NCBI GenBank assembly: GCA_000004985.1
Contig: GG738861.1
Length of the DNA stretch: 64,000 bases
DNA from: Naegleria gruberi
Lineage: Eukaryota
Reading direction: 5' to 3' (one strand)
Below are positions 1 through 12,772 of this stretch, piece after piece. How positions within the stretch are numbered: position 1 is the first letter of the stretch; every line of letters starts with the position of its first letter. The notes under the pieces are model-generated. The model had not been told where the DNA came from. It did not search any database and was given only the letters and a program-made list of their open reading frames with translations. Made by a program: the position numbers and the translations under genes.

Positions 1-938
1 CCTTCACGAGTTCCACAAACTTGTACACCATTATTTTCCATCAAATCTTCCAACCACTTTGGATTTGTCCATGATTTTTCTTCATCTGGATTACAATATT
101 GAGATTTATCCAAATTAGATCTAATAAGGGAAATTACTTTCAAATCAATCTTATTAGGAAGAGCAAATTTCAAAACATTTTCAAATTCATCCTTATTGTA
201 ATCTCCCAAACTATAATTAATTTGAACTCTATAGCCATGCTCTTTCAATAGGACCATATTTTTCATTACTTGTTCAGCACCTGCATTAATTCCAAGATAT
301 TTCTTGAAATCAGATTCTCTAGTTGTGTGCAATGAGGCATAAATTGCATCAACTTGTGGAACTTTAGGCGCTCTCAACAATCTCTCAGCAAGAAGCACAT
401 TTGAATTGAGAACAACTATTTCCAAAACAGTTCATGATAATTACATTTTCACACAAAACAATTTGTACATACCTCTAGTATTCTTCTTATCAATTGATTT
501 TAACACATCAACAATATCCTTTCTCACCAATGGTTCTCCTCCTGTAATATTCAATTGAGTACCACCAAGATCACAAAAATCATTCATCATTCTAACCAAT
601 TCTCCAACCGGAAATGGTTCCTTTCCTTGTTTTTTAATTGGTGTTTTATCACCCAATGAACGTGGATTTTCCATTCCTTCATTATGACAGAAAAAACAGT
701 TCATATTACAAGTATTCACAACAGCCACTCTAAACTTGGCATTCAACTTGTTGTAAATTTCAAAGGAATCCAAATATTCTTGTGGATATTTACCAACATG
801 TTTATTATTGGTACTATTAGTGGAATATGACATTGTATTATTGAATTGATGAGATAGAACAGCTGATGTAGCTGAGGAGGATGCCGATCTATGCAAAGAT
901 GCAGCTGCTGATGCGAAATTACAAATAGCTCTCTTCAT
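1..938 (-). CDS. MoaA/MOCS1A-like radical SAM protein (partial; continues past window start); exons 473..938 and 1..415
   Basis: Minus-strand ORF from ATG at 938. CX3CX2C cluster (VVNTCNMNCFFCHNEG). Motif ITGGEPLVRKDIVDVL resembles MoaA LTGGEPL. After a GTATGT..AG intron (416..472) the frame continues with SLHTTRESDF...VQINYSLGDYNKDEFENVLKFA, matching the MoaA second half. N-terminal S/A-rich presequence. Confidence 0.6.
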
Positions 939-1190
939 TGTTGTGAATATTTTTTTTGGTTGATGTTGAAATGCTTTCTAGCTCAAACTTTTATTTGGTA
1001 GTTGTTGCGAAGTTCTGTGATCATACAAGTAGGTCATTTTGTAAACAAAATAATTTTGATTGAGGCCTTGCTTGAGCAATGCAGAGTTGAAGTGTGAACA
1101 TTTATTAATTTGTCGTAGTATTGTAATAGTTTAATAGTTTAATAGTATTAAATTGTACATATTTATTACAATTTAAATATTCAAAAAAAA

Positions 1191-1631
1191 ATGGGAAGAA
1201 CCAAGCAAAGAGCCCGCAAAAACATGGGAAAAGGATGGTCCCAGAAACTCAAAGAGAAGGAACTAGCTGCTAAGGGTGGTGGCGGTGCAAGTAATAATAA
1301 TACAACTGAAGAAGAAGTTCAACCATCATCATCGGAACAACAATTAAATAATAATAATATTAATAATAATAATACATCATCAACACCTCAACAACATGAT
1401 GTTGATAATAAGAAGAAGAGAAAGGGAACAGAAAACAAGAAACAAAATAAGCAGAAGAAGAAAAAGATGGACGCCAAAAAGCAAGATCTTAAAAAGGAAA
1501 ATAAAGCAGCTGATGAGAAGAAGGAAGTAAAGGAAGTAAAGGAAGATGGAGAACAGGTTGAAATTAAAACAACAAGTACAGATGGAAAAACTAAGGATGA
1601 AGAAAAACAAGAACCTGAAAGTACAGAGTAA
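1191..1631 (+). CDS. K/E-rich low-complexity small protein (hypothetical)
   Basis: ATG in A-rich context, 146-aa ORF, lysine/glutamate-rich, no recognisable domain. Confidence 0.3.
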   Translation: MGRTKQRARKNMGKGWSQKLKEKELAAKGGGGASNNNTTEEEVQPSSSEQQLNNNNINNNNTSSTPQQHDVDNKKKRKGTENKKQNKQKKKKMDAKKQDLKKENKAADEKKEVKEVKEDGEQVEIKTTSTDGKTKDEEKQEPESTE

Positions 1632-1791
1632 ATATTAAAGAAAGAATTATCATCGGAATTTGAATTTGATATTTTGAATGTTGGAATTTAATCTTCAAGT
1701 TTTAAACACATCATGAGTTATTTACAATGAACTAGATATTAATAAGATATCTGAGGAAAAGAGAATGTTAACTATGTGAAATTGGAAATAT

Positions 1792-4159
1792 TTAATCATC
1801 TTTTTTACAACATTTGATTTTTTGTGTAATTTCATGATATTTCAACAGAATCCATTGAATAATTCTCTCTCCTTGATATTTAATACTAAAACATAGAGAA
1901 TCTGGACATGATTGCCAAATGACCAAAGCACCAATGAAATAGAAAACAAAGGCAAAACTCAAAATCATGGAAATGTAAAAATTATCCAACTCTCTCACAT
2001 ATCCCTTCAATGAAATTGACTTTTCAAACATGTTATTATAGTGAGCAATTTCATGAACATAGAGCAATTCATTGAGATATCTCAAAAATGATAAATAAGG
2101 TAAAAATGGAAATGGTAATGGCATTCCAGAAAGTTCTGGAAGTGAAGGAGTCAAACCAGCAAACATGTAATTAATAAAAATAAATACTACACAAGTAATT
2201 TGTGCAACACTTTCACTTAATAGAGTTGAAATGATATATCCAATTGGAAATGTTGTAAACATTGCTAAAAATGTAAATGAAAAATAGAATCCAAATGTTT
2301 CTCTTGGTTTTACAATGAAATAAAAAGCCAATGTAAAGAATAAAGCATCAAGTACAATGTAAATCAATGAATAGATGCATTTGGTAAAATAATATACCAT
2401 GGTGTTAATTCCACTTTCAATTTCCCTTTTTCGGAAATTAACTTTCTCAGCACCAAATATTTTCAATGAACTCATAATTGATGTCAAGCTCATGGCCAAA
2501 ACAAGAGTTCCAGTAAATCCTGTAATACTATCAACATTTGGTTGTCCACAAATTTCTTTCATTTGAGATGGACATGAATCGTATATGGATTTAGAACTTT
2601 GTCCTTGGAAAACTAAATTTCCAGAAAATAAAGCAGCAATAATGAAACCACCAATAGCATTTAAAATTAAATCACCCAATAAGGTAGTCAATTGGTGAAT
2701 AGTTTGTAAGAAACATCTCAATAAACATGCAACAGCTTGAACATAGAATGGCACATGACGTATTACAATATTGCTATTACTGTTTCCAATATTAGTAGTA
2801 AAGCTATTACTAGAATTAGCAGCAATATCACTGGTAGCTAAAAGTTCTTGTTGTGATTGACTGCCATTAGTTATTGCCATCACATTCGAAAGTGAACAAA
2901 TAAAATTATACTTATTATTCGACATACCATCCACTAAAAATAGAAAATTAAATTCCAAATAGGAAATTTCCATAAATGTAAAATTAAAAAATAATTTTGT
3001 TTAATTCTTACCTCTTTCCCATGACTGCAGTAAATGATTTTGCAGGAATAAAACCTGAAACATTTTTCAATAATGTTCTTTTTGGTCCACTCACTTTAAG
3101 ATTTTTAAAAACAATATTAACACCTGAAGGTTTTTCAGACTTTCCAAAATAGGTAACTATGGAAAGCCAAGAAAATAAAAATTCCTGATAATTCACTGGA
3201 TCAAAATTAGAAATTGATTCATGAATATAAAAACAAGCCACACAACATATAATAATCTGCACCACTGTAATCCAAAATATTTTTAACATGTCATTTAAAA
3301 TTGAAGTTTGAGAATCGTCGACAAGTAAGTGAAATAGTCCACTAATATTCTTGACAGATTCAAAATTTGATGTTTTAATTCTAATGGCAATAGTATAAGT
3401 TTGATTAAATATTTGACTAGTATTAGTACTAGTTGTTGTGAGGGTAGTGTTTGTAATAGTTAATGTTCCATTATTGGTAGTATTATTTCCATTTTTGGTA
3501 TTATTTAAAATAATTGTTTGATTATATTGAGTAATAATTGTTTGATTATTTCTAAAATCATTACTAGTCAACCGCCATTGTTTTGTAAAAAATCCTGAAT
3601 AAGTTTTTTCCACATTTGTAACATCTGGTGTATAATAATCCAAACTTCCATTTATAGATTGATTATATTGCTGAAATAATGAATAATCCTTGAAAAATAT
3701 TAAATTAGTTTCCACATTCATTGCATATAAAAATAGCAATACATTTGAATCACTTGGTTTCGTCTTGTTTATCACAGTTTCTAATACATTCGTCTTGTTT
3801 CTATCCAATGGATTAATTCTCACTTGTTTAAACCAAAAATTTCTAGTAGAATTATTGGTAATATCAGAAAAGGAAACACTTTCGATATTTCTAGAAAATT
3901 CCCTAACTTTTTCCATTGAAACATTAATAATAATTAGAGAGGCAATTAAATTAAATGTGAAAAAGAAAAGAACGAGAATTGTGAGAAACCAAAATGATTT
4001 CACAATTGTTAGAAACCAGTATGAATTATTCGAAACTACTTTCTGGAAGAGAACTTTTCTATTTTGAAAAATGGCATTGATGATGGCTAGCAGTGGTGCA
4101 ATCAGTGCACATGTGAAGAAAATAACGAGGGAGATGGAGGTTAGTGCATCCCACAACAT
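1792..4159 (-). pseudogene. ABCG-like gene lacking the nucleotide-binding domain (degenerate paralog of the 4631..7554 gene)
   Basis: 5' ORF (3008..4159) encodes TM - N-glycosylation-rich ~250-aa segment - TM, then NLKVSGPKRTLLKNVSGFIPAKSFTAVMGKR (start of an ABC NBD) ending at a GTAAGA donor. The next ORF (1792..2973) encodes only the ABC-2/ABCG-type 6-TM domain. No Walker A lysine, Q-loop, LSGGQ or Walker B anywhere between them. Confidence 0.45.
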
Positions 4160-4630
4160 GTTGTTTCGAATAGAGAGTGAAGAGTGCGTTTTTTTTAATG
4201 ATGATATGTATTAAAATTAATTGGTGCAATGTTTAGTTGACACCTTCTTGTTGTTAACTGTTGATACTATCACGTTTTAAATTGGTGCACAAACAGATTC
4301 TTATTCGAATGTCAATATCAAAAAGGCCAGTTTCTAATAAAAATATGAAGAAATTATTGAACCGTTCAATGTTATTTTGTATACTAGTTCTAAATGTATC
4401 AAGAAATCAAAATGTGAAAAGGCATGTCAATTTAAAGATGCAACACTTCAGGTAAAAACGTGATCACAATAATATCACGTTTTGATTTCCAACAACAACA
4501 GTAACTGCATCATCAATATTGAACACAAAGACCAACAAGAAGAAGGTGTCAACCTAACTTTCAAAATGTTATTCTAAACAATATTCGAACATGTCACTAT
4601 TAGTGTTCATATCAATATTATAAAAAAAAA

Positions 4631-7554
4631 ATGACATATTACTATCAATCAAATTCCAAGCGGTGTGGTACCATCCTAGCCGTTCTCTTTGTCCTCTCCA
4701 TTTATGCCATGTTTGCCATTGCCACCATTGTTTTCATTCTCGTTCAATGTATTTCTATTGGAAACTCTGCTCAACAATTTAACTTTAACATTACCGAGTC
4801 AATGTTTCAATCAGCCCTAACATGTGAAGAAAAATGGTTTCTCATCAAGGAAACTCAACAACCAATCAGAACTTGTTACATTCAGAGAACTTATCAAGTC
4901 AATTCGTCCCTCCTGATTGGTGATGAACATTTGGTGAGTGTTTTTTACTCGAGTGCAGTACCATTTGATTTGTATTATTTCAAGGGAGTGGTGGCATTTT
5001 CATTGTTTAATGCTAGTGGAGTTATTGATCCATTTTCTGTGAATTATTTTCTATCGACAAGAGTGAGATCTGGTTTTAAACAATTGGATTTGTCATTGAA
5101 GGATGATTTGGAGATTCCTGTACCGTTTTTAATACCTGGAATGGATTTGCCATCGACAGAGGGTCTTCAATTTGCTGTTCGATTGTATACTTTTAATGAT
5201 AATAGTACTACTAATTATGGAAAATTTAAAAATAATTTACCTTCCAAAAATAGTAGTTTGGATACCATTACAGAATTGGAATTAAAAGACAGATATGTGC
5301 CATTATCTGAAATTACATTCCCTCTCTCCATTTCCCTTTCATACTATATAGAAACAAGCTCAATGGAGAAGAGTATTTACATTCTCGTCTCCATTCTCTG
5401 TCTCTTCCTATTATTCCTCTTCACATTAACTTGCATGACAAGATTTAAACGATTGGTTTCTTCCAGTGGTGAATTAATTGATTTTCTACCAATTACCTTA
5501 CAGAGAGTATTCAGAATTTATAGTAATAGAACAAATGATTTTGATTTTTGGATTCAATTTAATGATTTGTCATTTAAGAGTTTTGAGACAGCTGAAGATT
5601 CACTCTCTTTGAAAACTATATTACATCCTGTGAGTGGAGTTATTCCTCCTGGAAGTTTTGTTGCCATTATGGGTGAAAGTGGAAGGTTTGTAAATTATTT
5701 TTTTAACACTTTACAAAATATTATTCATATTATTTATTGAAATATTAATATAGTGGTAAAACAACATTTATTAATTGTCTAACCAAACGTATAACAGGTG
5801 GTATTTCCAAAGGTACTGTTTCCATATCAGGATTTAAGGTAGATTCTGAATCAATGAAGAGACTTTTTGCAGTTGTTCCACAATCAGATATTATCCATCC
5901 ATTCATGACACCAAAACAATCTTTTTTGGTTAGTTCCATGATTAAAAATGTTGGTGCAAGTCATTCCAAGATTGTCGAAACTGTTTTGGAAGTTTTACAA
6001 TTGGAACAACATGCAAATACTTTGAATGAGAAATTGAGTGGTGGTCAAAAGAAGAGAGTTAACATTGGTTTGGAATTGGTTACCATTCCTAAAATTCTCA
6101 TTTTGGTAAGTAATTTATTTTTGTAATATTTTTACAATAATATTTAATAATATTTAAATATTGCATTTAATATGAAATATTGAAAACAATTTAAATAGGA
6201 TGAACCTACTACTGGTCTAGATGTTACCACAGCCAATGAATTATGTCGCTCACTAAGAGATTTTGCCACTTACAAGCAAAACAAAACTGTCATGGCTGTC
6301 ATCCATCAACCTTCCTTAACTGCCTTTAATTGTTTCACACATTTAATGCTATTCAAAGAAGGCAAATTATTAAGATTCGACTCGCTTGACAGAATCAAAC
6401 ATGAAATTGCCAGCAACCATCAATACTATATTAGTCCCGACAATATCTCCGCCGACCAAGTCATGCAATATATTTATTCGAAACATGAAAAGAATCACTT
6501 TGTCCTTTCTCAATATTCAAGTCCACATGCTGCCAAAATCTATCCTCAATCAGTTTCTACCTTCCTCGTCCAATCCCTTGCAATCATGTACAGAACTTTC
6601 ATTCAAATGAGAATTGATTGGTTCTATTTCATTGTTGACATTCTTTTGAATGCAGTTGCAGGTTTATTAATTGGAATTCTATTTGTGAATAATAGAAATC
6701 ATTTATATGTTGGATCACCTAATAAGGATATTGCTTTAAATTGTCCAGTTGAAAAGATGTTACAATGCTCATCACCACAAATGGATCATATTTCATCAGT
6801 GACTAGTTTACTAGTTTTGGGAATTAGTTTAACATCTTCAATGAGTGCTTTGAGAGTTTTTGGAAGAGAAAAGTTGAATTTTGATAGAGAATCTCAATCT
6901 GGTTTGAATTCACTTGTTTATTTTATTGTAAAGGATGTGTTGGCATTCTCTCAGATGGTTTTGGTTTCTTTATCTTTTACTAGTTTGTTTTATTTGATGG
7001 TATTGCCAAATATGGATTTTGGATTTTATTTTGGAATATTACTATGTTTATCAATTATTAGTTTTCCAATTGGATATAGTATTTCAATAATATTAAGAGA
7101 TGAATTAACACAAATTACAACAGCAGTTGTTATATTCCTGTTTTATATGTTTTCAGGAGCTTCTGTTAGTTTACCATCACTCAGTGATATGAGTCAACCA
7201 TTTCCTTTATTACCATATATATCCTATATTAGATATATTAGGGAAATTTTATTTGTTTATGAACTAAATACCAATGCAAATGATTATTACATTAATAAGA
7301 GTTTAAATCAATTGGGTTATTCATGGAATAACAAATGGTTTTTATTTATCATTTGTTCTGTATTTGCAATTGGTTTGAGATGTATTGCTTATTTACTTTT
7401 ATGGCAATCGAGACCTCAATCATTTACAAAGAGAATTTCAAATCTTTGTACTTCATTGTGGAAGGTTATGAAACAACCATTCGATTTGGTCATTTCAAAA
7501 GTTAAGGAATTAATTAAGAAAATGTTAAAAAAAATGTGTTGCTGTTTTAAATAA
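4631..7554 (+). CDS. ABCG-family half transporter (NBD-TMD) with N-terminal TM/lumenal/TM extension; exons 4631..5685, 5754..6105, 6199..7554
   Basis: Exon 1 ends VAIMGESG|; exon 2 begins sGKTTFINCLTKRITGG (Walker A split by the intron) and contains LSGGQKKRVNIGLEL. Exon 3 begins DEPTTGLD (Walker B), followed by a 6-TM ABC-2 domain. GT..AG introns, frames verified. Confidence 0.75.
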
Positions 7555-7685
7555 ATTTTAAATTATTTTAATTCAATTCATTTTAAATAAATTAATAATA
7601 CTTCTATTTTGTTTTAATAATATTAAATAATAAAATTAACAAAATTAATGCAAAAGTATTTAAAATAATTGAAATTTTATTTTTA

Positions 7686-8717
7686 TTAATAATTTGATCT
7701 TTTAATTCTATAAATAAAAAAGCAACAACATCCACAAACAACACAACAACACAAAAATGGAATGAAATACACAAAAATAATCAATGAATTCACAGCACCA
7801 CTTCCACCATCCAAAATTATAGAATTTGATATTGTAGTAGCAATTGAAAATTTGTAAGTTTCGAATGGATAATGATCTCTTTCATTATTTTCACCTCTAA
7901 CGACAACTCTAAAAGGTTCAAAGAAGGAAATATCACTACTTCCTAAATTAGTAGCAGCTCTAGTAGTACTCAAGGTTTGATTTTTACCTCTATTCACAAC
8001 CGCAATATATTTTCTCGATCCTAAATTAAGTGAAACTTTAGTATCATTCAATCTATTATTATAAATGGTATTGTCACTGTAATTTGGACTTGGGAATTCC
8101 TGAGAATAAAATTCAAATCCAAAATCCAAACCTCTCTCAATGATAATTGATTGATCTGATGATGATAATGATGAAATTATTGATGAAGATGGAATAATTT
8201 GATAGAATGCCCAACTGCCAACTGTCAAAATAGTAGATGTGATTGATTTTCCTGAATTAATACTTATTAAATAATCTGATGGAAAAGTATATCCTGTAAT
8301 ACCATAAGAATAGTAAGTATTTCTTTGAGCTGCAACTGCGATATATAACGTCTGATAAGTAAGTGATGAATTTCTACTTGTATAAGTATTTGAGAAATAA
8401 CAAGTTCTGCATTCATATCTATCATCATAACTTGTTTGTGTTGGTACGGAATTTAATTTGAAATAAACTGTCAAACTATCAGAACTGCCAACATCTACTT
8501 TGACAAGAGCATTTTTTGGAATAATCAAATAGTAAAGATCATAATATCCATATTTAGGTGATGAATAGCTTTGAAAAACTGCAGATTCAAGTTGTTTTTG
8601 ATTACGAAGTGTTTGTCCATTACATGTGGAAAGGAAAGTAAAGCAACAGAACAGTAGAAGTAGAAGTGTTAACAGTGCCTTCTTTGATTTTAACATTTTT
8701 TTTTCGTGATATGACAT
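7686..8717 (-). CDS. Type I membrane glycoprotein, unknown function
   Basis: Signal peptide (MLKSKKALLTLLLLLFCCFTFLSTCNG), S/T/N-rich ectodomain, C-terminal TM followed by a Cys-rich tail (CCCVVCGCCCFF). Confidence 0.45.
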   Translation of the reverse strand: MSYHEKKMLKSKKALLTLLLLLFCCFTFLSTCNGQTLRNQKQLESAVFQSYSSPKYGYYDLYYLIIPKNALVKVDVGSSDSLTVYFKLNSVPTQTSYDDRYECRTCYFSNTYTSRNSSLTYQTLYIAVAAQRNTYYSYGITGYTFPSDYLISINSGKSITSTILTVGSWAFYQIIPSSSIISSLSSSDQSIIIERGLDFGFEFYSQEFPSPNYSDNTIYNNRLNDTKVSLNLGSRKYIAVVNRGKNQTLSTTRAATNLGSSDISFFEPFRVVVRGENNERDHYPFETYKFSIATTISNSIILDGGSGAVNSLIIFVYFIPFLCCCVVCGCCCFFIYRIKRSNY

Positions 8718-9280
8718 TTGAATTATCTATTTGAAATAGTATTGTCCATTCAAGAGTTGGCACATTCCGAAACGTGATTGAACTGTAGTGTGTTATTTTT
8801 CTGAATTGCACCAATTACAAAATTTACATCACGTTTTTTTCATCATTTACCCTTAGAAATTTATTATTTAGTTTAGCACTGATCCGGTCAACAACAAGAT
8901 TATGATGGTAAGGGCAATGTATTGAAGAGTGAATAGTGGATATTTATCTCTATTGAATATCATGCTTCCATCATTTAACGTAATTTTTTTTGGCAACATT
9001 TAAGGATGAACCTAATGGTGATGATTCTCTCTGCATCAGCACCATCATCATCATAAGGCTGTAAAAGAAAAACATTTTCTTGTTCTTAATAGAGATCATG
9101 AGCACAGAGATTATGAACATCTATTATTATTGCATCTACTCGTTTTTAACGGCCACTTTGATATAATATGAACAAGAGAAATTATAAGAAAAAAAGCCTT
9201 GATATTAATCATCGTTATATTCTGTTTGGTTTGATTTGATTATTAATCAACTAACATTAAGAATCATCATCTTCATCATA

Positions 9281-11040
9281 ATGAGTTATAATAGAACAAC
9301 CAATAATAATACTAACAACAATGAGGATAAATCCATCCGAGTTGGAAATAGACTCAATGCAAAGGTGGGTAAAATAGCATCAATGTACAATGCTCTTGAT
9401 AATGACTCTCACGCTACTATTAAGAGAAGAAATCCAATTAGTGGAACCACATCATCCAATGTAACAACCAAAGTTGTTTCAAGCACTGTGCAGACGAGAA
9501 CAGTGGCTAAGAAACCAACCCCAACCACACATCATTCTACTGTAAATTCAATGAAACCCTCTGCAGTTACGAATACAAACAAATCGAGAAATGTTGGTGC
9601 AGTTTCAAAACCTGTGGTAAAGACAACAACAAAAACAAGTACTGTGACAAGTAATATTGATAAGAGAGATGCCAATGATAGGAAAGCTGTTGAAAGGAAG
9701 GAGGTGAATGATAAGAAAGCAGAAGTAACAGTTGTCAATAATCATCAGAATAAGTATTTTGATAACTTTAAACCACAACCATTTCAATGTGATGCTTCAA
9801 GAATTAGAAAATATGAACCTAATTATTCTGAAATAGATAAGAGAGCTAGGAATACACCTAAATCTGAGGAAGCTTCTATTGAGAGACTTGCTCAATATTT
9901 AACTTCTCCCTACAATACTGTGGAAGAAAAAGCTAGGTCACTTTACATTTGGATTACATATAATATTGACTATGATGTAGATGGTCTGTATTCTGGAAAT
10001 GCACATTATACTGCAGACACATCCTTTAAGAGTAGAAGAGCTGTGTGCAGTGGATATTCTGATATTTTGAAAAAGATGTGTGACTGCTGTAAAATGGAGT
10101 GTGTTACAATATCAGGTTGTGCAAAAGGAGCTGGTTATGTGATTGGTGCGCCAGTAGCTTCAAATCATGCATGGTCTGCCATCAAAACTGAAGATGGTCA
10201 ATATAGATTGATCGAGTCAACTTGGGGATCAGGCTATCTTGCACCAAACAGTAGCTCAAAATGGGGATCAGCCTTTGAAAGAAGATTTGTGGATAGGTAC
10301 TTCTTTATGAGTCCATATGAATTCATTGCAGAGCATTTTCCAGACGATTCCAAGTGGCAACTCTTACCAAAAACTGTAACCAAGGAAGAATATGAAAAGA
10401 GAGTTGCTATTAAAGGCAACGGGTTCAGCAATGGATTGAGTTGTGTTTCCCATCCCTATGGGCTTTATACTTTAACTGATTCAAATGTTTGTGAAATTGT
10501 GATGAAAGTTTTTCCAGGAACTGAATCCTTGATCAATCTCTGTGAGGAAAAGAATGGAACAGCTCTCTGGGATGCTGTCAATGTCACATATTCTGACAAT
10601 AAGGACACAATTACAGCAAAGATTTGTTTCCCAAAAAAGAATGTAAAATATTCTGTCAGAGTGTTTGTTGGAGAAAAGGGAAGTAAATTAGAATGGGTTT
10701 GGAGCAAATGTTCACGGTGAGTCCATCAGCTAAGGTTGATGATAGAGGTTTTCCAACGATGTATTCAGACTTTGGTTCCCTTAATCTTTCCTTGGTCACT
10801 CCTAATTTTGGTAAATTATCTAAAAACTCAACATACACTCTAGAAATTGCAACCAAAGGAATGCCTATTGATTTAATGATAACAGGAACTAACTCTGGCA
10901 CTACAATGCACAGTCATAAGGGAGGAGGTAATTGTAAATGTTCATTCACAACCGGTGTTGACCCTAACGTTACTGTTTTTGGAAAAACTGATCCAAACAC
11001 AAGAAATTACAAAGGATTACTTGTTTATAAAGTTGGTTAA
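9281..11040 (+). CDS. Transglutaminase-like (papain-fold) domain protein with S/T/N-rich N-terminus; apparent -1 frameshift near 10687-10718
   Basis: CSGYSD ... NHAWSAIK ... ESTWGSG is a Cys/His/Asp-type transglutaminase-like core. The ORF frame changes by -1 between 10687 and 10718, and the downstream ORF 10693..11040 continues the protein. Confidence 0.55.
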
Positions 11041-12179
11041 TTCTTGAAATCAATTTCCTTACATATCCAATTCAATTTTTTGTTTAAATCTTCATCCATT
11101 GTTGAATAATCGTTCACATCTCTGAAATAAAAGTACACCTTCTTCTCAAAAGCATCAACTATTACAATGGATTGACTTTTAGACTTCCAGTTTGTAAATC
11201 TGGACTTGTAGTGTACAAACACTTCGTTAATAGTGCTTCTATCATAAAGATGAATATCAATCTTCCTTTCAAGACTATACTTCTCAGTAAGGTCTGTACA
11301 TGTTCTATATTTTTGAACTAGTTCGACTAATTCCTCGCTAAAATTATGGAGTGTCATATATTCATCCGTGAATAAATGAGCATCTTCTATTGAAATGAAG
11401 TTATTCTCATATTTGTTAATATTCCTTATATTTAAAAGACTGCTTAAGGTTTCCACAACCTGATCAGGAGTTTTATCATCTGTTACCATTTCTTTGCATA
11501 TTTGGTTTGTTCCCTCTTTAAGGCTTTTTACTTTTTGCCACAGATTATCATTTAAAAATGAATTTGAAATACAATGAGTCGAATTTTTGTCTAAACTTTG
11601 AATGATCAGTTTGTCTTGCAACTTTTCAGGCCATTGAGACAATGGTTTTCCCATTTCATTTCTAGCGAAAATTCTATTTGTAAAATAAATCAAGTCCTTA
11701 TTCATGTCAAACAAATTTCCACAAATAATTATAAAACCCTTTGTTTTTAGCCAATCCTTCTCGCATTCATTAATATGATCCATCAAATCATTATGCTTTA
11801 GTAAATCGATTAGGAGTTTGCTCCTAATTATTTTAGCTGGTTTTTTAGTTTCAGTAACACATTCCTCAGTTGCTACTAATTGATTATTTACATCCTTATT
11901 ATACAATTCTAGTGTTGGTTTGTTCGTTGAGTAATCATCATCCACGTTAGTTAGAATAGCCATATTTCCATTATCAATATTTATCCCCATCCAAGTATTT
12001 CCATACACCAAATCAGTAATACAGCAAATGCAATCATCAATTAATGAAAATGAAGAGGAAGTCGGTCTATCATATTCTTCATCTCGATTCGCCAACATAA
12101 TGAACGGATATCTTGCAGATGAAGTTGCTGCATCACAACAATTTGAACCAGTGGTAGTATGAAGAGCAACAATACACAT
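11037..12179 (-). CDS. TANGO2/NRDE-family protein
   Basis: Starts MCIVAL (N-terminal Cys after Met). ANRDEEYDRPT, NTWMGIN and AILTN match TANGO2 ANRDEFYSRPS, GGTWLGI and AALTN. Single exon. Confidence 0.7.
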   Translation of the reverse strand: MCIVALHTTTGSNCCDAATSSARYPFIMLANRDEEYDRPTSSSFSLIDDCICCITDLVYGNTWMGINIDNGNMAILTNVDDDYSTNKPTLELYNKDVNNQLVATEECVTETKKPAKIIRSKLLIDLLKHNDLMDHINECEKDWLKTKGFIIICGNLFDMNKDLIYFTNRIFARNEMGKPLSQWPEKLQDKLIIQSLDKNSTHCISNSFLNDNLWQKVKSLKEGTNQICKEMVTDDKTPDQVVETLSSLLNIRNINKYENNFISIEDAHLFTDEYMTLHNFSEELVELVQKYRTCTDLTEKYSLERKIDIHLYDRSTINEVFVHYKSRFTNWKSKSQSIVIVDAFEKKVYFYFRDVNDYSTMDEDLNKKLNWICKEIDFKN

Positions 12180-12772
12180 TTTTTTCAATTTTGATTTTGC
12201 AATCCCGAGTTCATCACATGTTCATTGTTCTTTAAATAATATAAAGCAGAACAAGGTTCATCATGATTCTTTACAATTTGTATTCTTTGGCAAATCTTAA
12301 GAAGATTATTTTATATTTATCAACACTTAATACATTAAAGAAGTTACAACATCTGTTGTTCCTAGTTGAATTCCTTAACTTTTGTTTGGAAAATATTAAG
12401 GATGTAATAGTTGTTCGTTGAAGATGAACATGTTCATCATCACTCTCATCTTAATATTTTCCAAATTATAAGTATCAGTTGCCTCGATTCCATAAGAGAT
12501 ATAGTAAGATTTTTTCTCATCAAAAGTTCGCAAAGAATCTGTGTACATTTTGCTCTCGATTGCAACCAACACTGGTTCCTAATCGAGACTTTTTTGGATA
12601 CCTGTAAGACTTTTTAGTGTAGAGGTGTAATGGGTCCTTTGAAAATAAACTGTAAAATTGAGGCAAGCCTTAACGAACTCTCTTCTACAATAGAGCGCCA
12701 AGTCTCTCCTAATAACAAACCACAAAAAAAGATACTAAGGCTGAAGGGAATATATTGAAAATTTTTATCATC

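Noticed and set aside
1380-1610. 76-aa antisense ORF (MFFFILSFSICTCC...) inside the K/E-rich ORF
   Set aside because: It is the complement of a lysine-codon (AAG/AAA)-rich sequence. The poly-Leu/Phe ORF is a mirror artefact.
3690-4067. 125-aa ORF antisense to the ABCG-like 5' ORF
   Set aside because: Embedded in the opposite strand of a longer, domain-bearing ORF and has no features of its own.
4261-4455. 64-aa ORF between the divergent ABCG genes
   Set aside because: Sits in the shared promoter region, short and featureless.
9532-9787. Two small minus-strand ORFs within the transglutaminase-like N-terminal low-complexity region
   Set aside because: Low-complexity antisense artefacts.
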